In this document: positions 46,594-59,504 of the stretch, one piece after another
Layout: the number at the start of each line of letters is the position of its first letter
Position numbering within the stretch: position 1 is the first letter of the stretch
From: Felis catus
Lineage: Eukaryota
Direction of reading: 5' to 3'
Assembly (NCBI RefSeq): GCF_018350175.1
Contig: NC_058368.1
Span: 235,974,001 to 236,038,000, forward strand
DNA: 64,000 nucleotides
Position numbers and translations under genes: made by a program
Notes under the pieces: model-generated
Told to the model about the DNA's origin: nothing
Databases searched by the model: none
The model's input: only the letters and a program-made list of their open reading frames with translations

Positions 46594-47899
46594 AAAAAGT
46601 GATGGCCGATGTTATTGCTACACACAAGTTAGCCAGATAGTCTCCGGCTTTAGTTTTTCAATGAATTGCTGTTGACAATCAAAGCATATTTTTAAATTCC
46701 ACTTACCTTCCTGCGTTTTTATGAGTCCCTTATTAGGACTGGTATTCTTGGTAAAATTAAGTTCATAAAACTACCTGGATATGTCCAACTCTGGCAATTT
46801 TCCTCATGGGCTGAAATACCTCAGGCGATTTCTATAATAAGCAGGGAATAATTATATATTTTGAAGCGTGTACATATCTAAGTGGATGAAACTAATGGAT
46901 ATTGACTATGCTTGTTTGGGCCGCCCACATCGATCACGGCAAGCACCCTCCTACCTATGTGGCTACTAATATGCTTGTCTCTGTATTTCAGTTGTCAGAG
47001 CCCCTCCATGCCCTACCAGGAAGAAGTTGCGTGTCTCACTTTGAAGCACGAGGCCCTACCCTTCAATGTGAATTATCTAAGTGCCCTGTAGTTCACCCAG
47101 ATCAAAGTGGAGGGTGGTGAGAGGTGGTTTTGCCCACATGCTGTTTTTTCAGCCCACCACTGTCCCCACGCTGCTGTAGGAGCTGGTCTTGCAGGGACCA
47201 GTGGATGGGCTCCATGCTGCCCTGCTTTCCTGTGGGTGAAGGTCCCCGAACTTCTACAGTGCATGTGTTACGTGCTCAATACAGGCTCCCCTAGGCTCAC
47301 TGCTCACCCCAGGGCTGAGTCTTGGGGTATCTAGGCCCCATCTCCACCCCCCCAGCCATTTGCTGTCTTGGGATCTTGGTTTAACTAGTCTTGACATCCC
47401 ATTTCCACAAGATTTATTTATTTCACGGACTACACCTCTACCCTGCCCATGACTCAGTCTAACACACAGCTTTCCTGATTTATCACAAAAACCTTACTGA
47501 ATGAGAATCTGGTGTAATGACTGTTGGCGCCTAGAATCCTTATGCAAACTGGTGAATTTTCTCCAGTGCCTGACACGGAAGGACAAGTACCTTAGGAAGG
47601 AGACCTGTTGATGTGCCATCAAATATCCAATGGAAGAAAGAGAGTACAGCCAGAGCCGGACATTGACAGGTAATTCAGCACACTTCACGTTGCCAAGCAC
47701 ATTTGTCCTAAGGTGGAATTCATAGAGTCTCAGGGAGATAAATTGAGCTTAAAAATAGTCCTTGATCACCCTACTATACTTCTGCTCCTCCAGGATCTCA
47801 TTTAAGATTTTTTGCAAAACTCAAAGAGACCAGTTAAGAGTGATGGAAGCATCCCCATTCAAAGGCATTAATTACTGTTTGAAAAGGCAGTAGTGAGAC

Positions 47900-48730
47900 C
47901 ATCTCCCAAAATGGTGGAGTGAGGAGAGCAGGGGGCTTGCTCTGCAACAAATAACCATTTAACTGGAGGAAATTGTAAAAAGAAATAAATCAATGAAGGT
48001 CTTAAGAAATTGTTCTAAATGCATAGAGTGAATGGAGAACAATTCGTTTAGAAAATCTATTAAATCTCAGTAAGAATAGCAAGAATCTGTGGCATGTAAG
48101 CAGCAATCTGCTCCCTGCCCACCCCCACTCTTCCCTGTTCCCAACTTTTATCCTGTGCAAATGACCTTGGGAACTACCCTGCAGGAGGGTGTGTCCAAGG
48201 TGGGGCTTCTTCTCCACCCACTACCAGTCCCGGGGCACAATTTCACCTCAGCAGGAAGAGGTATTACAGCATCTCATCTGTCCCAGATCTGTGCTCCAGA
48301 AAACAGTCAAGGCTGAAAGTTCTGGGGTCTCTTCCTCCAAATAGTCCCATTTACAGGGCAGAAACTCTGTCCCGCGCATGGCTGGTTGTGTTACTGGGCT
48401 CCAATCGTGCCTGCCCCAGCTTGCTGGTAGAATGGAAGTTCTACACCAGGAGAGACCATGGAGAGGACTAGGGCGTCCCCACCCACCCAGCACCCTCCTC
48501 ATGGAGCAGGGTGACACTCCAAGAAACGTGGTCCTGCTCCAGCTTCGGTGCGAGGCTGCTGAGATTTTGCTGGTGGGAAAGGCAGCCATGATGAGTATAA
48601 ACTCCTCAGTTTTGCTTGAAGGGAGTGACCGTGTAAACAATAGTAGGGAGAACCCATGCCTGAGGACATCTCTGAAAACAATGGACCATCTTGGAGTAAA
48701 GCAATTAAGAGGAGGCTGGTAGCATCCTGA
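47900..48730 (+). mobile_element. Old L1M 5'UTR-like region
   Basis: AAATGGTGGAGT start; GAAAATCTATTAAATCTCAGTAAGAATAGCAAGAATCTGTGGCA recalled from L1M 5' consensus. Confidence 0.5.
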
Positions 48731-48751
48731 CACAAGTCCATCCTTTCGAAC

Positions 48752-48990
48752 AACCGAGTTCAGGTTTCATTGATTTTTCTCTATTGCTCTTCTAACCTGT
48801 ATTTCATATATTTCCACTATAACCTTTATTATTTCCTTCCTTCTGCTTGCTTTGGGTTTAGTTTGTTCTATTTATTTGTTTATTTTTTTAGTGTTTTAAG
48901 GTGGAGGGTTAGGTTATTGATTTGAGACATTTCTTCTTTTCTAATATGTGCATTTGTGCTATAAATTCCCTTTATCTCCTTGCTAATGCA
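48752..48990 (-). mobile_element. L1M ORF2 fragment
   Basis: TTTCATTGATTTTTCTCTATTG; CTTTATTATTTCCTTCCTTCTGCTTGCTTTGGGTTTAGTTTG; GCTATAAATTCCC. Confidence 0.85.
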
Positions 48991-49639
48991 TTCAAGCCTG
49001 TGACCTTCTCAGAAATTCATCCTTCAGTGTTGACAGAATCTCTGCAGATTTTGTCAGTGCACAAACTTTGCCTCGTGGAGGCATTGACTTGGCCTTCCTG
49101 GAGATGAAAGCTAGACTTGTATCATTCTCTACTGTGCCCTCAGTATGACATGAAGGCAATTAGCGTATTTTACAGATGGATGTGTGATGGGACCCCCAGT
49201 CCTACCCCATTGTGTGGAAAGCTGTATTTAATCAGGAATAAGGGGGGGAGGGGTATAGGTGCTGCTATTCCATCAGAACACACAGAGGATGTATGAATTT
49301 CTTGTAATCATGCACACCCTCCAGTTCAATACAAGGAGTTCCCTTCAGATTTTTCAAAAGTTTTAGAACTTTTCTGAGTACAAAACAGTGTTTTTTATGA
49401 TAATATAAATGTATAACTACATGCACATTCAGTATGAACATAATAAATATGCATATACTGTGAGACCAAGAACCTCTCAAGAAACTGGGAAAGGAATGTG
49501 GACTTAGTTTTAAAATATGTTAAAGGGCAGGTAACAAATTGGTGAGCAGATTTGCTCACAGCATTAAATGACAAATGTTCTTCCTCCTTAGTGAGATATA
49601 CAGAAATCCATGTTCTCAAGATCTGTATGAAAAGACAAG

Positions 49640-50140
49640 ATCTCAATTCAAAAATTCTTTGAGAAGAACAAAAACATAAACACAACGTATCAAAATTTAT
49701 GGAATACACTAGAGCAGAGCCTAGAGGGATACTTCTAAGGATAAAGGCCATTATTAAAACAAACAAACAAACAAACAAACATATCAAATAAATGATCTAA
49801 ACTTCTACCTTAAGAAAGTAATCAAAGAAGAGCAAAAGTAAATCTAAAGCAAGAAGAAATAAGGGAATAATAAAGATTCCAGCAGAAATAAATGAAATAG
49901 AAATTCAAAAACAATTAGAGAAAATCAATGAAAGCAAAAGTTGGTTCTTGAAAAGATCAAGAGAGTGGACAAACATTGTCTAGACTGACAGAGAAAACAC
50001 TGAGCAGACTCAAATTGCAAAACTCAGGAATGGAAGAGGAGACATCACTACTGACCTTATAGAAATCAAAATGTTTGGAGTGGAATACTATAAAATACAT
50101 CAATACATTAGATAACATTGACAAAATGGTTTAGAAATGA
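49640..50140 (+). mobile_element. L1M ORF2 fragment
   Basis: ACAACGTATCAAAATTTATGG; AGAGAAAATCAATGAAAGCAAAAGTTGGTTC; GACATCACTACTGACC. Confidence 0.88.
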
Positions 50141-50746
50141 GATGAAGGGAAGCCCATGGAATAAGGCTGTGTTATCCCTCTAGCTCTGAGAAATGCTTTT
50201 CCCAACGAATGCACATTGCCCAAGAAGTGCAGGTGTCACGACAGTGTGCAACCCTCACCTGAGTCTGAGGGAAGCTGTGATCCCAAAGTGCAGATTCGTT
50301 GACCACTATCAGTTGCTAAGCTATAATCACCTGAGTTCCCTTAACATGATTATTGTTTAATTTAGCAAACAAACAACCAAACAAAAAATACTAAAATTAA
50401 TTGAATCCACAAATATACTAAAAATATGCTTTCATGTATTCAAACCACATGTAAACATTGCTGATATGTTACCTTTTGTTTCACTTTTAATCTGTATTTT
50501 TTCTTTTTCTCTGGTACTATAAGCGACAGACGTCTGTTAAGTAATAAAGTCCGACTATACACCGATTGACTTATTCCAATTTTTATTATGTAAATGTACA
50601 GGTTAAAAAAAAATACTTGTCGATTATAAGGAAGAAAGTAGATTAGCTGCCCAGGGCAGTGCATTTCCCCAGGTCTGTTTGAATTCACATCTACCACAAA
50701 ATGACAGAACCAAATTCATCTTCGTCTTTTTTTCCCCTTTTCATTT

Positions 50747-50964
50747 AAAAAAATTTTTTTAACGTTTTTATTTATTTTTGAGACAGAGAGAGACAGAGCA
50801 TGAACGGGGGAGGGGCAGAGAGAGAGGGAGACACAGAATCGGAAGCAGGCTCCAGGCTCCGAGCCATCAGCCCAGAGCCCGACGCGGGGCTCGAACTCAC
50901 GGACCGCGAGATAGTGACCTGAGCTGAAGTCGGACCCTTAACCGACTGAGCCACCCAGGCGCCC
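50747..50964 (-). mobile_element. Can-SINE (CpG-rich, fairly young)
   Basis: TSD CCCCTTTTCATTT at 50734 and 50967. Confidence 0.96.
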
Positions 50965-51450
50965 TGCCCCTTTTCATTTTTAAACTGCACTTGTTACGTA
51001 AGTATTCCGACATTGTGACAGCATTTGTGGAAAACAATATCTAGACATACATATGTATGTAAATTTTAGACAAACTGATTTACATATATGAAAGTATTTT
51101 AAACAGAGAGGAGGGTTTTGAAGTCATGTATCCAAGTACTTGTTCACTCAGAGGCCTCATTTACTAGAAAGTGAAGGGAAATAGCTGTGGTCACGGAAGA
51201 GGCAGAGCAGAAGGGCACCTTCTAAGAGTCTGGAGACAGAGGTTCTAGTGACCACGCTGTGCTGATGGTTTTGAGCTGCCCTCAGTTCTAGGACATTCAC
51301 TGCCCTGGGGACCCTGTCAACTCCAAACTCCCATGGTCACCATTCCAACTGAAAACCAAGTGGCCCTTTTTAAGTTTAAAGTAATATTAACAGAACTTGC
51401 TTACCAGTGTTGGAAAACCCTAGTGTTTTTAAAAATTACTACCTGCACAC

Positions 51451-51649
51451 GGGCTGCCTGGTTAGGCTCAGGTCATGATCTCGCAGTTCATGAGTTCAAG
51501 CCCTGCACTGGTCTCTGTGCTGACAGCTCGGAGCCTGGCACCTGCTTCAGATTCTGTGTCTCCCTCTCTCTCTGCCCCCCCCCACTCATGCTTTGTCTCT
51601 TTCTCTCTCTCTCTCAAAATAAATAAATATTAAAAAATTAAAAAAAATT
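51451..51649 (+). mobile_element. Can-SINE with collapsed head
   Basis: TSD AAAATTACTACCT at 51432 and 51650; ~27 nt missing from the head. Confidence 0.92.
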
Positions 51650-51730
51650 AAAATTACTACCTAATCTGACATGTTTTTTTACTTTGAAGAATTCCAATAC
51701 ATGCAACCTATAAATGTATTACTCTGTACA

Positions 51731-51873
51731 GTTTTTATTTCAAGCCTAGTTAGTTAACATTCAGCGTAATATTAGTTTCAGGTGTACGATTTAGTGATTC
51801 AACTTTTCCATACACTTCCCAGTGCTCCTCACAACAAGGGCGCTCCTTAATACTCCATCACCTATTTAACCCA
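51731..51873 (-). mobile_element. Carnivore L1 extreme 3' end
   Basis: TAGTTAACAT...ATTAGTTTCAGGTGTACGATTTAGTGATTCAAC...CCCAGTGCTC. Confidence 0.85.
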
Positions 51874-52149
51874 GTTTCAATTATATTTATAATTGAAAAC
51901 ACACTAGAATCAGAATAATTAGAAGACGTAACAATTCATAGTAACTTCAGGTAGATAGAGATGATTGCCTGTTCTCCCTTTTAAGTATTAACAAGACATG
52001 TTTGCATATTAAATCTAAAAATAAAGTTTTAGGATATTGACACCAGTGAACTCTAGTGTTAATTAACTTAATGGTGTGCTTTTGAAAAGCCTAAATAAAT
52101 CGAAAATTGTAATGATTTCTACCCAGGTTTCATTACATCTCCAAGGATG

Positions 52150-52325
52150 CAATAAAGAAGCTCAAAATTTGAAGCTGGATGGATGGAAGTTTGGATTTGT
52201 GATCTGCCCATTACTAGCTACTAGATGTTAGGTAACTTGCTAGACTCTTCTGAACTACAATACTTAATTTCTTAAGTGGGGAGTACCAAATCATTTCATA
52301 GCATATTTGGGGGTAAGATAGAGAA
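52150..52325 (+). mobile_element. MIR remnant
   Basis: TCTGCCCATTACTAGCT...GTAACTTGCTAGACTCTTCTGAAC core-like. Confidence 0.55.
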
Positions 52326-53834
52326 TTGGAGAAATATAGATACAGGGAGACAGGCATGCACACAGGTGAAATTCCTAAAAAGTAACTGCTATTATCATTC
52401 GCAGGACTCATTTGTTAAAAGTATGAACTTTAGATGCATTTCAACAGGACAGATCAGAGATTTTAAGATGAAGTTAGGGAGGAGGCAACAGGGGCAACAT
52501 ATGGAAGAAGTAGGCATCAACAGCATAAGTTTTTCATCCATTCTTGTTGTGTAATTCTTGTAATTCAGGGAATAGTTGCTTGGAAATACAGTTTACAGTA
52601 GAAACGAAATCCAAGTAACCCATCCCAACACCCAACAGAGAGCTTTGTACAACTGGTGTATGATGTTGAAATAAGGTGTTCCGTGTGTTTAAGGAAAAAC
52701 ACTTTCTTAATGTCTGTTTTGCAGACCAGATGATATCCTTGTGTAAATAGAGAATCTCTTTTCAAAAAGGGGGGGGGTGGAGAAAAACATTACCGGGCGA
52801 GTTTCTGACTTGTTTAGCTGGGTCCAAGGGCGCTCAGCTGAGAGAAGGTGATCGGAGCATAGCATGTGTGGCATGGTGCCACCTCAGACTTGTGCTTCCT
52901 CCCACACAAGTCCACTTCTGAATCTCTCCATGTCCTTGATGTAATGACTAAATTGTTACTGATGCAGATGGAGCGCCATCACGATCTCGAAATCCCTCAG
53001 TGGTGACCATATGGTTCCCCTCACCTTTTAATATTTAATGATGGTCCTTGGGCACTTTCCAGTTATTAAAAAAAAGCAACAAAGTATGAGCAAAGACTGC
53101 TTTCAAGTCAATTAAAAAAAGAACGTGCCAAAGAAAATCCATCCTACGATATTTAAACTCCATCACAATGAGAACTTTTGCTTGAATTTAATGAAAACAT
53201 TTGCGAAATATTTTGGTCAAAGACACATGACCCTAGGGTAGGTGCTTTTCTCTTTGGAAATATAAGTGATCTCAAAGATCCTTTCTAGCTCTTAATTATG
53301 TGAACCTATTACAGGCTTCTAACACAAAGTCATGACCACATAGCGACATTGGGGAAAAGGCTGATAATTTTGCCACCTTCCTCCCTTCCCCCCCACCCAA
53401 AATGGCGAGCTGTGCTTTCTCCACTAAGGCTATCATACGAATGAGATGCGGTCAGTACCAAGATTGTTGCCAAATACAACTACCCTGGAGTTCTCAGTGC
53501 CGCTGCCTCTTTCAACTTTATTAAAGGAACCAATTTTTAACATCAAGAACTCGTTTAAATGCTTCTGGAGGCCGAGTCCTGAGTCTATGGGCGCATCATC
53601 AAGAGCCATGCACTCTGTCCTGGAGAGGTGTGTAGTTGGCTTACATAAACTAGATAGATGCATCCTGGAGGCCTGAGTGGCAAACCATCTTGTGGAAGCA
53701 TTTAGCTTATCTTTGGAAGCGTAGAATTCATTCGACGTGGTTAGCATTTCACAGTCATTTAGTCAAGCTGTTACATCGGCAGGTTATTTTTTAAAATTCT
53801 TATCTTTTTTCTTCCACCCAGCGATTTCTGCCTT

Positions 53835-54200
53835 CATCAATCAGTCATTTGTTCTATCACTCAATAGACATGTGTGACAATGTATTATTCCTGGAGTTAG
53901 TGGAGGCATTGGAGACTTCAAACTAAATCATGTAATTCTTGTGCCTAGGTGGTACACATCTAGCAGGATCACATTTAGGTGACAGTACATTCATAAGATA
54001 ATATGCATGCTATGGTGGTAGAATCTCATGGAGAGGGCTCTGAAAGTTCAACAGCACAAGAGGGGAAGTAGAGATTGATCAGGGAAGTTGAGGACGCACA
54101 TGCTAACAGCTTGGGCTAAGTCTCCCCAAAAGGAGGAGGAGTTGAGAAGGTTGGGAGCGGTCTGGGAGAGCAGTCCAGGTGGACAGAGACCTACATGATC
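53835..54200 (-). mobile_element. L2 LINE 3' remnant
   Basis: CATCAATCAGTCATTTGTT...CTCAATAGACAT antisense L2 tail, then ATCAGGGAAG. Confidence 0.5.
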
Positions 54201-54790
54201 TTGACAGGGAATGGGTGGGGGTTTTGGAAGTTCTAACACTTCTGGCTTGGCAAACATGTATGGTGCAGAGATGGGGAAAACAGACGACCAAAGTCACACT
54301 TAAAATAGAATATCCCAGGACTTTGTAATATGTTGTACACTTTTTTGAGATTATTTTTTTTTTTGCATGCGAATGTTTCTTTGTGGAAAGATAGAATGAT
54401 TGAACAGAAGATGAAATTATTAACAAAGAGCATAAGACCTTCGAAGTGACAAGAGCATTCAGAACACAGCTGGAGATATTAATTTTGGAGGAGAAGGTGA
54501 AGTAACCCTTATTCAGAGGAAGGAAGCAAAAAGACAAAGGGGGAAGTTAATCAACGGAGCAGATGGGTTTTGAGGGCCTTTTCTCTGGATACCTTCTACT
54601 TTCTCTGACACCTGGATTGGAGTTGGGGCAGCTCGAATGCATTAGTCCTTCTCCAGACCAAACATAGATGAAAGCATCATCTAGGAACACTGAGTGGTCA
54701 TGGGAGAGAAAGAGGAAATAGTCCATGTTCTGGCTATGGCTATGGTGTGAACTCCTCCTTCAGTGTTCTGCTGCCATTAGGAGATACAGA

Positions 54791-55033
54791 GAGTCTATTC
54801 TCAATAGCAACGATATTGCTCCCCAAAGGGACAATAGTAATTTGTTAGGAGAAGAGAAGGTAGGTGAAAAAAATCTTACTTTTTTGGCATGAAATACAGA
54901 TAAACATAAACTCACAAACACATAAGTATATTTGCGCTATTAAGTTTATAGGAGGTTGGATGATGGGGAAAATTGTCAAAAAGCCTCCCTAAGGGGAGCA
55001 ATAGGAAATAAAAAGAGTGAAAAAAAGACATTG
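54791..55033. mobile_element. hAT-Charlie MITE (MER119-like)
   Basis: TTCTCAA...CGATATTGCTCCCCAAAGGG; AAAAAAATCTTACT; CTCCCTAAGGGGAGCAATA...GACATTG terminal structure. Confidence 0.6.
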
Positions 55034-55414
55034 CCCTAGAGGAAATTGCTGGAAACCTACAGGGTGGTCTCATTTTTCTGGCTAAAAACAAGAGAGGAAG
55101 GAACTATGATGCCATGAAGTGGTAAGCCATGGGTTCTGGGCCGGGTAGAGTTGGAAGCTAAACGAGGAGAGAACTCAAAAATGAGGCAGAGAAAGAAAGG
55201 AGAGAAGACTAAACAGGTCAACAAAGGTCACAACACACGGTTGGTGCTCGGGGTGCTTGGAAACCCTGGAATAACAAGGATAGAACCAATGTTGGAATCG
55301 CTACCGAATGGGATTGTTGAGTTGAAGAAAGGTTTGAGAGTGTGGTTGTGGAAAAAGCAACAGCCATCGGCAAGGGGGTCATTGGTGGGCTCTCAAACCA
55401 CGTGTGCTCACATT

Positions 55415-55957
55415 ACTGACCTCCAGGGGCTGAGACCTGAGGCTGTCTGTACAATGTGGTCTAACTGCGTGTTTCAGGAAACTATTTCCAGGAAGACCAG
55501 CTTTCCATCAACAAATAACTTCACTGCGTATTTCAGAAAATTTTTACAAACCCGTTTTTCGGGGTAAATAATTTGCCCCTCAAGCCAAACAACTCTCATT
55601 TCATGGTAACAAATTGTTCCATTCACTCAGACAAAAACTCGCTTATCAAACAGTAGTATATTTATCAAGACTCACCTTAAAGCCCTCATCTTGTCTGCCA
55701 ATGCTGACTTACGTTGTCATGAAGTTCGTCCAGATCGTCCCGATCATGCCTCTGCACTGAGAAATCCAGCCTCCATCACCTAAGCCCAGAAATGAAAATC
55801 CAGTAATCCTCTCTGCTGACCTTTGTTTTCTAGGAAATTATTAAGACTCTGTCAAGGGAAACTCCTTTATCATACTAACAATGATAAACTCAGTTTTGCC
55901 TCATTCACAGGTTTTTTTTTTTTTTTTTTGGTGGTCTTTTAAAGACTTGAGAATCGA
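55415..55957 (+). mobile_element. ERV1-class solo LTR (MER110/MER90-like)
   Basis: GCTGAGACCTGAGGCTGTCTGTAC start; AAGACTCTGTCAAGG; ATAAACTCAGTTTTGCC...CAGGTTTT...GGTGGTCTTTT. Confidence 0.65.
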
Positions 55958-56134
55958 GGCAAACATATAATGTCATCCATGGGAAGGGTTGGAACCTGAA
56001 AACAAACGATCATTTCAAAAAGTTAACCAACATCAATTCATAGTTGAATGAATGCATATTGCAAAATAGTTCAATGATATGTCACAAGATGGGGGAAGTT
56101 ATATATGTAAGAAATTTTATTAGAAATGAGACTA

Positions 56135-56310
56135 GAAGTGCCTGGGTGGCTCAGTCAGTTGAACGCCTGACTCTTGATTTTGGCTCAGGTCATGATTTCA
56201 CAGTTTCTGGAATCAAGCCCTGTGTCACCCTCTGTGCTAACAGCACAAAGTCTGCTTGGAATTTTCTCTCTTTCCCTCTCTCAAAATAAATAAATGAACA
56301 TTAAAAAAAA
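56135..56310 (+). mobile_element. Can-SINE
   Basis: TSD AGAAATGAGAC / AGAAATGAAAC. Confidence 0.92.
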
Positions 56311-57032
56311 AGAAATGAAACCGCATTTTGGGGGGAAATATAGCAATGAAAAAAATGGGATAGATCGTAAAGGGTCCAGTTAGGGATAGAAGTGTTTTGC
56401 ATACAATGAAAGAAACAATAGTGATTTATCCAGGACAGAATGGGGGGAAATGAGGTCACGTGGAATGAGGCCAGGCTTTCTGCCGGATGACTCCTTCCTT
56501 AATTCCACAAAACAGAGAAATTTATGACACAGTGAGGTGTTTGGAAACATTTCTTTATTACAGATAACTAAAAGTATTCGTCTCATTCTGGAATCAAAAC
56601 AGGTATGGGGTGATGAGAAGAATGAGAACAGACACAAAATCAATGAGCAAGGCCCAGGAACTCAAAGATTTTCTAGGAAAAACTCAGCTTCCACCTGAGG
56701 CAGGAGTTGGTGTCTGTGTGCCCAACCGAGTAGAGAAGGAAGACGTTCATCCAGGAATGTCAACATAATACTTGAATACACCAGTGGTAAGTAGAACGTT
56801 CTTAAGGGGTGCGATTGTGTGTGGCTGTGTGTGCATGGTTGTGGCTGTGCATGTGTGGTTGTGGCTGTGTGGTTGTGTGTGTTTCATTATGCATATACAC
56901 ACAAGCAGGACAGATGGCTCAAGCCCATCCCCAACTTATATTAGTACAATGTTAACTCAGCCACAGTCCCCACTATGGCCTTAACAGCAGAATGGGATTT
57001 GGAACAGCTGCTTGAACAACTACGTACCTGGT

Positions 57033-57426
57033 TGTATTAGTTAGTTTGGGCTCAGATACAAAATACCACAGACTCAGCAGCTTAGAAAACAGAAATGTAT
57101 TTCTTACAGTTCTGGAGGCTGGAAGTCCAAGATCAAGGTGTCACCAGTTATGATTTCTCTTGAGGCCTTTCTCCTTGGCTTGTAGACAGTTACCTGCTCA
57201 CTGTGTCCTCATGTGGCCCTTCTGTTCTCTGTGTGCACACATCCCTGGTGTCTCTCTATCTTCTTACAAGGACACCAGACCGATTCTATTGCTTGAGGGC
57301 CCCATCGTTATGATCTTATTTAACCCGAGTGAGTCCCTCCTTAAAGACCCTATTGCCAAAGGGGGTCACGCGGGGAGTTAGGACATCAACATAGGAATTC
57401 CAGGGGATACGCTGTGGTCCATAACA
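57033..57426 (-). mobile_element. MaLR solo LTR (MLT1A/B-like)
   Basis: TGTATTAG...AAATACCACAGACT; TTCTGGAGGCTGGAAGTCCAAGATCAAGGTG; ends GTCCATAACA. Confidence 0.92.
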
Positions 57427-57494
57427 CCCAGCTTGGCACCAAAGAGTTTAAGACAGAAACTAATCATCGCCTGTAGCTCTACATTCTTGCCTTT

Positions 57495-57718
57495 AATTTC
57501 ATTTATTTTATTTTTTTAAGTTCATTTATTTATTTTGAAAGCGAGAGCAAGTGGGGTAGGGGCAGAGAGAGAGAGAGGGGAGAGACAGAGAATCCCAAGC
57601 AGGCTCTTCACTGTCAGTGCAGAGTCAGATGTGGGGTTCGATCCAACGAACTGTGAAATCACAACCTGGGCTGAAGTCAAGAATCAGATGCTTAACCAGC
57701 TGAGCCACCAGGTGCCCC
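57495..57718 (-). mobile_element. Can-SINE
   Basis: TSD CATTCTTGCCTTT / CATCCTTGCCTTT. Confidence 0.94.
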
Positions 57719-57832
57719 TGCATCCTTGCCTTTTAAAAAACAGTTGTTCTGCCCACCCACATCTACAACAATCCAAGTCCACAACAGCAGTTTCCTGTTC
57801 TGGCCCCTTCTTGTTTAAGAGTGGCTCATCTT

Positions 57833-58052
57833 GGGGCCCCTGGGTGGCTCAGTCAGTTGAGCGTCCGACTTTGGCTCAGGTCATGATCTCACGGTTTGTG
57901 GGTTTGAGCCTTGCGTCGGGCTCTGTGCTGACAGTGTGGAGCCTGGAGCCTGCTTTGGATTCTGTGTCTCCCTCTCTCTCTGCCCCTCCCCTGCTCTCAC
58001 CCTGTCTCTCCCTGTCTCTCCCTGTCTCTCAAAAATGAATAAACGTTAAAAA
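57833..58052 (+). mobile_element. Can-SINE
   Basis: Full-length; degenerate TSD AAGAGTGGCTCATCTT / AAAACTGGTTCATTTT. Confidence 0.94.
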
Positions 58053-59358
58053 AAAACTGGTTCATTTTTTGTATGTAATGATGCTTTCACATAGGGAAGC
58101 CCTTGTCTCCCGTGTCTGTGGCCACATAACCAGACACTTCCATAGTGTAGTGAGCCATCATTTGATAAACCAAAGGCCTAGCATTGCAGGCCACAGACAC
58201 ACCTGTTAGCTGAGCCAAGGAACAGGACAGCTATGATATGGATGTACCCATGGCCAAGTGTAGTGCCTCATGTGGCAGGATGAGGCCAGTGCAAGTATGG
58301 TCCACCAGGCTTGCAGGGCACAGCCCGATAGGACACTCTCTAAGGGCCCAGTATCTCTTCTGGCCCAAGATCCCTTCACTCACTCCAAGAGTTTTCTTGC
58401 CCCTGGGGGTCCTATTTCCTTTCCATCTCTCAGTGTTCCTGGTCCATGCACTAAGGAGTGGTATGAGGAAGTCAGTTGATATGACCACTGTTGAGTTTTC
58501 AAGCTCGATCCAGTTGAAGAAGATAAAAGAATCAGGCAGAAGATACTAACGCGTCAGCTTCATGAGTGATTGAGTCACTAGAGAACAGGGTTTGGGTATG
58601 TGGCAGAAATCTTCCCATTGTCATCAAGTCCCAGAACTAGACAGAAATATCAAGCCAGTGGCGGGAGCTCTGCTCACAGCTCAGGGCAGTTACTCCCAAG
58701 CTTACTCCCTGTGGCCAAGGACAGAGGGGAGAGAGTGTGTGCCCTGATCTCTAAGGAAGTTTAAGGGGAAGGAGGAGCTCAACCCAGAGCCCATCTTCCT
58801 CCCAAGCTCATCTCTGGGTTAAGTCACTCCAGGTCCCCCTGGGAAGAGGTCTAGGAAAGGCCAGTAGAATTGGAATTTCCGATGACGGTTCACCTGAACA
58901 CACAAAGCCTGGAAAGAGTTCCTTCCCTACTCGAAGAGGGACACCTGTTTACAAAGTGCCCCTCCCCAAGCACTTTGGAATTCCCATGAGTATGCACCGC
59001 CATTTATGACTATCTTATGGGATCCTGCAGCCTGCAGCCTGGAGAGTTTCCTTGTAATAGAAGTCTCTCCCTTCACCATCCAAAACGGTGGGGCTCAACG
59101 TCTACCACACCTCATCCTGATGGGGCTGAAACACTCCTGCTGTTGAGAGATCTGTGCCATCCCGTGCAGCCCAGCCACACGCATCTGCAGGGCAGGTGCA
59201 TGTGCATGTGGTTCCTTGGATTATTGCCCCATGACATTATCTTGTGTGAGCTCCTACGTGTTCACCTGTATTGATAAAGGTCTTTACCATTGAGAATCAT
59301 GCATGAGCCTCCCCAGGAACCCACGTATCTCCAAAACATCTTCTTTCACTGCTAACGC

Positions 59359-59424
59359 TGTGCCTAGTCATGATTCTCTAGAAAAACAGTACCAGTAGGA
59401 TGTCTGTCTATCTATCTATCTATC

Positions 59425-59457
<33 letters not shown>

Positions 59458-59465
59458 CATCTATC

Positions 59466-59504
<39 letters not shown>

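Noticed and set aside
53433..53747. 104-aa ORF in unique sequence with an acceptor-like CCTCTCCAG on the minus strand
   Set aside because: Protein-like composition but no family recognised and weak splice signals; tblastn or PhyloCSF would be needed.
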